From contig CAAGDE010000001.1 in the NCBI GenBank assembly GCA_900768535.1, positions 1,498-65,497 on the forward strand: DNA of 64,000 nt, in the 5' to 3' direction. Made by a program: the position numbers and the translations under genes. Of the stretch, positions 61,739-64,000 are shown piece after piece. Source of the DNA: Clostridia bacterium (GTDB lineage: Bacteria; Bacillota; Clostridia; Oscillospirales; CAG-272). Within the stretch, counting starts at the first letter, position 1. Each line of letters starts with the position of its first letter. The notes under the pieces were generated by a model. It saw nothing but the letters and a program-made list of their open reading frames with translations. It was not told the DNA's origin and made no database searches.

Positions 61739-63541
61739 ATGAAGAAACGGATCCTATGGTTGCTTCTTCCGCTTTTGCTGCTTATTACAGCCTGCGGAAC
61801 AACGGAGCAGACCCCGCCGGAGGAGTCCTCCGGGAATGAAAAGCCCACGGAAGCAATCACCGAACCCCCGCGGGAGCCGCTTTCCGTGATTGCTGAAGGG
61901 AAATCGGATTACGTCATTGTCTATTCGGCGGATGACCTGGGAGAGTTCCGGGAGATTGCCGAGTCCCTGCAGAAAAAAGTGAAAGACTACTTCGGTGCCG
62001 AGCTTTCCGTTGCAACCGATGCGGCAACCGCGAAGCGCGAAATTCTGATCGGTGCCGTCAACCGGGCGGAAAGCCGGCGTGCCTGTGAAGAACTTCGCGC
62101 AAACGACTGGAGCGTGACAGTTGACGGCGAACGGATCCTGCTCAGCGGCACAGAGGCTGCATCGGTTGAGCGGGCGCTCAAGTATCTGTTGGAGAAGGTC
62201 ATTTATGTGCAGGGGCGTCCGAACCAAACCCGTTCGCTGACCCTGGCGGCGGATTTTTGCAAGGTGTTTCAGTATTCTTACTATCTCTCTGCGGATTTCA
62301 GAATCGGTGAAACGCCTCTGCGCGACTACACCATTGTGTATTCATCGGATTCCCTTTACTCCTACCATGAGGCAGTCTGTCTGCGCGAGCTGATCTTCAG
62401 CCGCAGCGGGTATCGGCTGGATTACATCAGCGACCGTTCTGCTGCAGGAAAGCATGAAATCCGTATCGGAATGACTGCCAAGACGGAAAGTGCCGATCCC
62501 GGACGCTTTGCCTACTCCATCCGGGAGACGGGCGGCAATCTGGAGATTTCCTTCACCGGAATGCACGCAAAGGAGCAGGCGCACACGTATTTCGACCGCG
62601 TGCTGCTTGCAAAAAATGCCGAATCCATCCCGACGGATTATGCCTATACAAAGGATATTTCGGCTGATCTCAGCAAAGGCGAGGAGCTGGTTCTTGAACA
62701 TACGGGGGATGTGCGGCTGATTGTGAGCAACATACAGTCCTCCGGCGCCAACTACGGAAAGCGGATGGAGTTCCTCAGGCTGCTTTTTGAAGAATACCGT
62801 CCGGATGCCATCGGTCTGCAGGAGGGCGGTAACACTTACGCCCGCGCCGAGGGGAACATCTATGAGCGGATGGCGAAGATCGGCTACAGTGAGGTGCCGA
62901 CGAAGCAGGAGAAGCTGTGGAATTATACTCCGATCCTCTACAATACCAAAACGCTGAAGGTTTTGGATTCCGGTTATCTGCGCTACGGCTACAGCGATGC
63001 GGCACACCCGACCGTGACCAACAACGGCAACTCCAAGTCGGTCACGTGGGCGTATTTTGAGGTTCTGAAAACCGGAAAGCGGTTTGTCTTCTTCTCCACG
63101 CATTGCTACTATGACGGAACGGCGGGGGATACGGTTGGCGGAAACCTTGCGCGGTGTGACAACGTCCGCGAGCTGTCCGAGCTTTGCGGTTCGCTCAAAG
63201 CCAAATATCAGTGTCCGATCTTCGGCGGCGGAGACATGAACTTTCATCAGAACACCGACCCGTATCGCCTGATGCTGGAAAAAGGGTTTGTCAATTCCAG
63301 AACGGTCGCGGATAAGCCGGGCGTTCGCTTCGGAAGCGCCGGGAACGATGCCGAACTGAACGAAGAATATGATACCTTTGTCAAGGTTCCGGATGTCAGT
63401 GCAACGCTTGCAGGGGAGATTGACATGATCTTTTGCTTCGGCAACGGATACCGCGTTTCGGCACAGAGCATTATGAATGACGACTTTGCCTGCTACGGAA
63501 GCGATCATTGCCCCAATCTGGTCGATATCAAACTGAATTAA
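61739..63541 (+). CDS. Lipoprotein with two N-terminal alpha/beta modules and a C-terminal EEP domain
   Basis: Lipobox LLITAC. VRLIVSNIQS, IGLQEG, GGGDMNF and GSDHCPNLV. RBS GGAGGA. Confidence 0.85.
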   Translation: MKKRILWLLLPLLLLITACGTTEQTPPEESSGNEKPTEAITEPPREPLSVIAEGKSDYVIVYSADDLGEFREIAESLQKKVKDYFGAELSVATDAATAKREILIGAVNRAESRRACEELRANDWSVTVDGERILLSGTEAASVERALKYLLEKVIYVQGRPNQTRSLTLAADFCKVFQYSYYLSADFRIGETPLRDYTIVYSSDSLYSYHEAVCLRELIFSRSGYRLDYISDRSAAGKHEIRIGMTAKTESADPGRFAYSIRETGGNLEISFTGMHAKEQAHTYFDRVLLAKNAESIPTDYAYTKDISADLSKGEELVLEHTGDVRLIVSNIQSSGANYGKRMEFLRLLFEEYRPDAIGLQEGGNTYARAEGNIYERMAKIGYSEVPTKQEKLWNYTPILYNTKTLKVLDSGYLRYGYSDAAHPTVTNNGNSKSVTWAYFEVLKTGKRFVFFSTHCYYDGTAGDTVGGNLARCDNVRELSELCGSLKAKYQCPIFGGGDMNFHQNTDPYRLMLEKGFVNSRTVADKPGVRFGSAGNDAELNEEYDTFVKVPDVSATLAGEIDMIFCFGNGYRVSAQSIMNDDFACYGSDHCPNLVDIKLN

Positions 63542-63553
63542 CGGAGGATACAT

Positions 63554-64000
63554 ATGAAAAAAACGGGAATTCTGATGCTTGTCATCCTGATGCTGTCCGC
63601 TTCGCTTTTATCCTGCGGTTCCTGCGCGGGAAGGAAGGAGCCGGGGGAATCCACCGTCAGCGGCGTGGAATCCGAATCCGGGACAGTCGAAGAAAAGATC
63701 GACCTTGACGGGATTACGGTATCCTTTGTCACCGCAAAATTCGTGGATGATGACGGATTTGAACTGTTTGCCGACAAGAACGCGACCGATGCAATCAGCG
63801 AGGTGATCTATCGCCGGAACGAACTTATTCAGAGGGATCTGAACGTCGGGCTGTCCTTTTTGCAGCAGGATGCGACAGAAATGGTGGATAACATCCGGAG
63901 CTATGTGCTGGGCGGGGAGTCCGAGTGGGATGTTTTCAATGTTTATGCAGTCTTTTCCATGGAGAATATCACCGTCGGCGTTTATCAGGATCTGATGAGA
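63554..64000 (+). CDS. Extracellular solute-binding lipoprotein (3' end lies outside the window)
   Basis: MKKTGILMLVILMLSASLLSC lipobox. GGAGGA lies 7 nt upstream. Continuation resembles the other SBPs (RRNELIQRDLNVGL). Confidence 0.8.
   Translation, partial: MKKTGILMLVILMLSASLLSCGSCAGRKEPGESTVSGVESESGTVEEKIDLDGITVSFVTAKFVDDDGFELFADKNATDAISEVIYRRNELIQRDLNVGLSFLQQDATEMVDNIRSYVLGGESEWDVFNVYAVFSMENITVGVYQDLMR

Noticed and set aside
1-64000. Search for CRISPR arrays, tRNA/rRNA genes, transposases, integrases, phage genes, toxin-antitoxin pairs and reverse transcriptase/DGR components.
   Set aside because: I saw no regularly spaced short repeats, no cloverleaf-like or rRNA-like segments, and no recombinase, transposase or RT motifs in any frame. 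The gene fragments present have no flanking IS sequences that I could detect.

Overview
GC-rich (judged by eye, not computed) Firmicutes/Clostridia-like chromosomal window. It has sigma-A type -35/-10 promoters, strong Shine-Dalgarno sites, lipoboxes and a dockerin/cohesin pair. Almost all of it is an accessory glycan-utilisation region built from AraC-controlled operons. (1) 689..13099 (+): two paralogous secreted beta-helix-like proteins, two MBL-fold hydrolases, a solute-binding lipoprotein (SBP), a TIM-barrel sugar-phosphate isomerase/epimerase, a glycerophosphodiester phosphodiesterase, beta-phosphoglucomutase and an MFS transporter. (2) 13465..19185 (+): a low-GC AraC gene, a DapA-family protein, L-fucose isomerase and a ribulokinase-like FGGY kinase. 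(3) 19840..26151 (+): a dockerin-bearing S8 subtilase followed by a three-cohesin-like protein and a mini-ORF, then an MFS gene. (4) 36620..27700 (-): SBP, two paralogous secreted proteins, GH31 and two EEP-fold (endonuclease/exonuclease/phosphatase) proteins. (5) 46936..52637 (+): a putative glycosidase and a GH2 beta-galactosidase. (6) 60352..52647 (-): four Gfo/Idh/MocA oxidoreductases, a clan GH-A glycosidase and an EEP protein. (7) 61739..64000 (+): an EEP lipoprotein and an SBP. Housekeeping ddh-dapB and an OmpR/HK two-component pair sit in between. I saw no rRNA, tRNA, CRISPR, transposase or integrase. The most interesting unexplained items are: a family of three unannotated 36-42 aa mini-ORFs (MK-x-Y-x-T/M-P-x-A ... 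[EG]-D-[IL]-x-x-[TS]-S), each directly downstream of a secreted modular protein; two paralogous about 78-aa Thr/Pro/Glu-rich lipoproteins; the protease-dockerin/cohesin pair, with an AT-rich in-frame mosaic segment in the protease gene; a striking accumulation of secreted phosphodiesterase folds (4 EEP, 2 MBL, 1 GDPD) next to sugar-phosphate enzymes; SBPs without any ABC permease or ATPase; a conserved palindrome present three times at operon ends; a 184-bp inverted-repeat element in the leader of the two-component operon; and a patch of gene fragments. All functional calls rest on motif recognition by eye. No database search was run.
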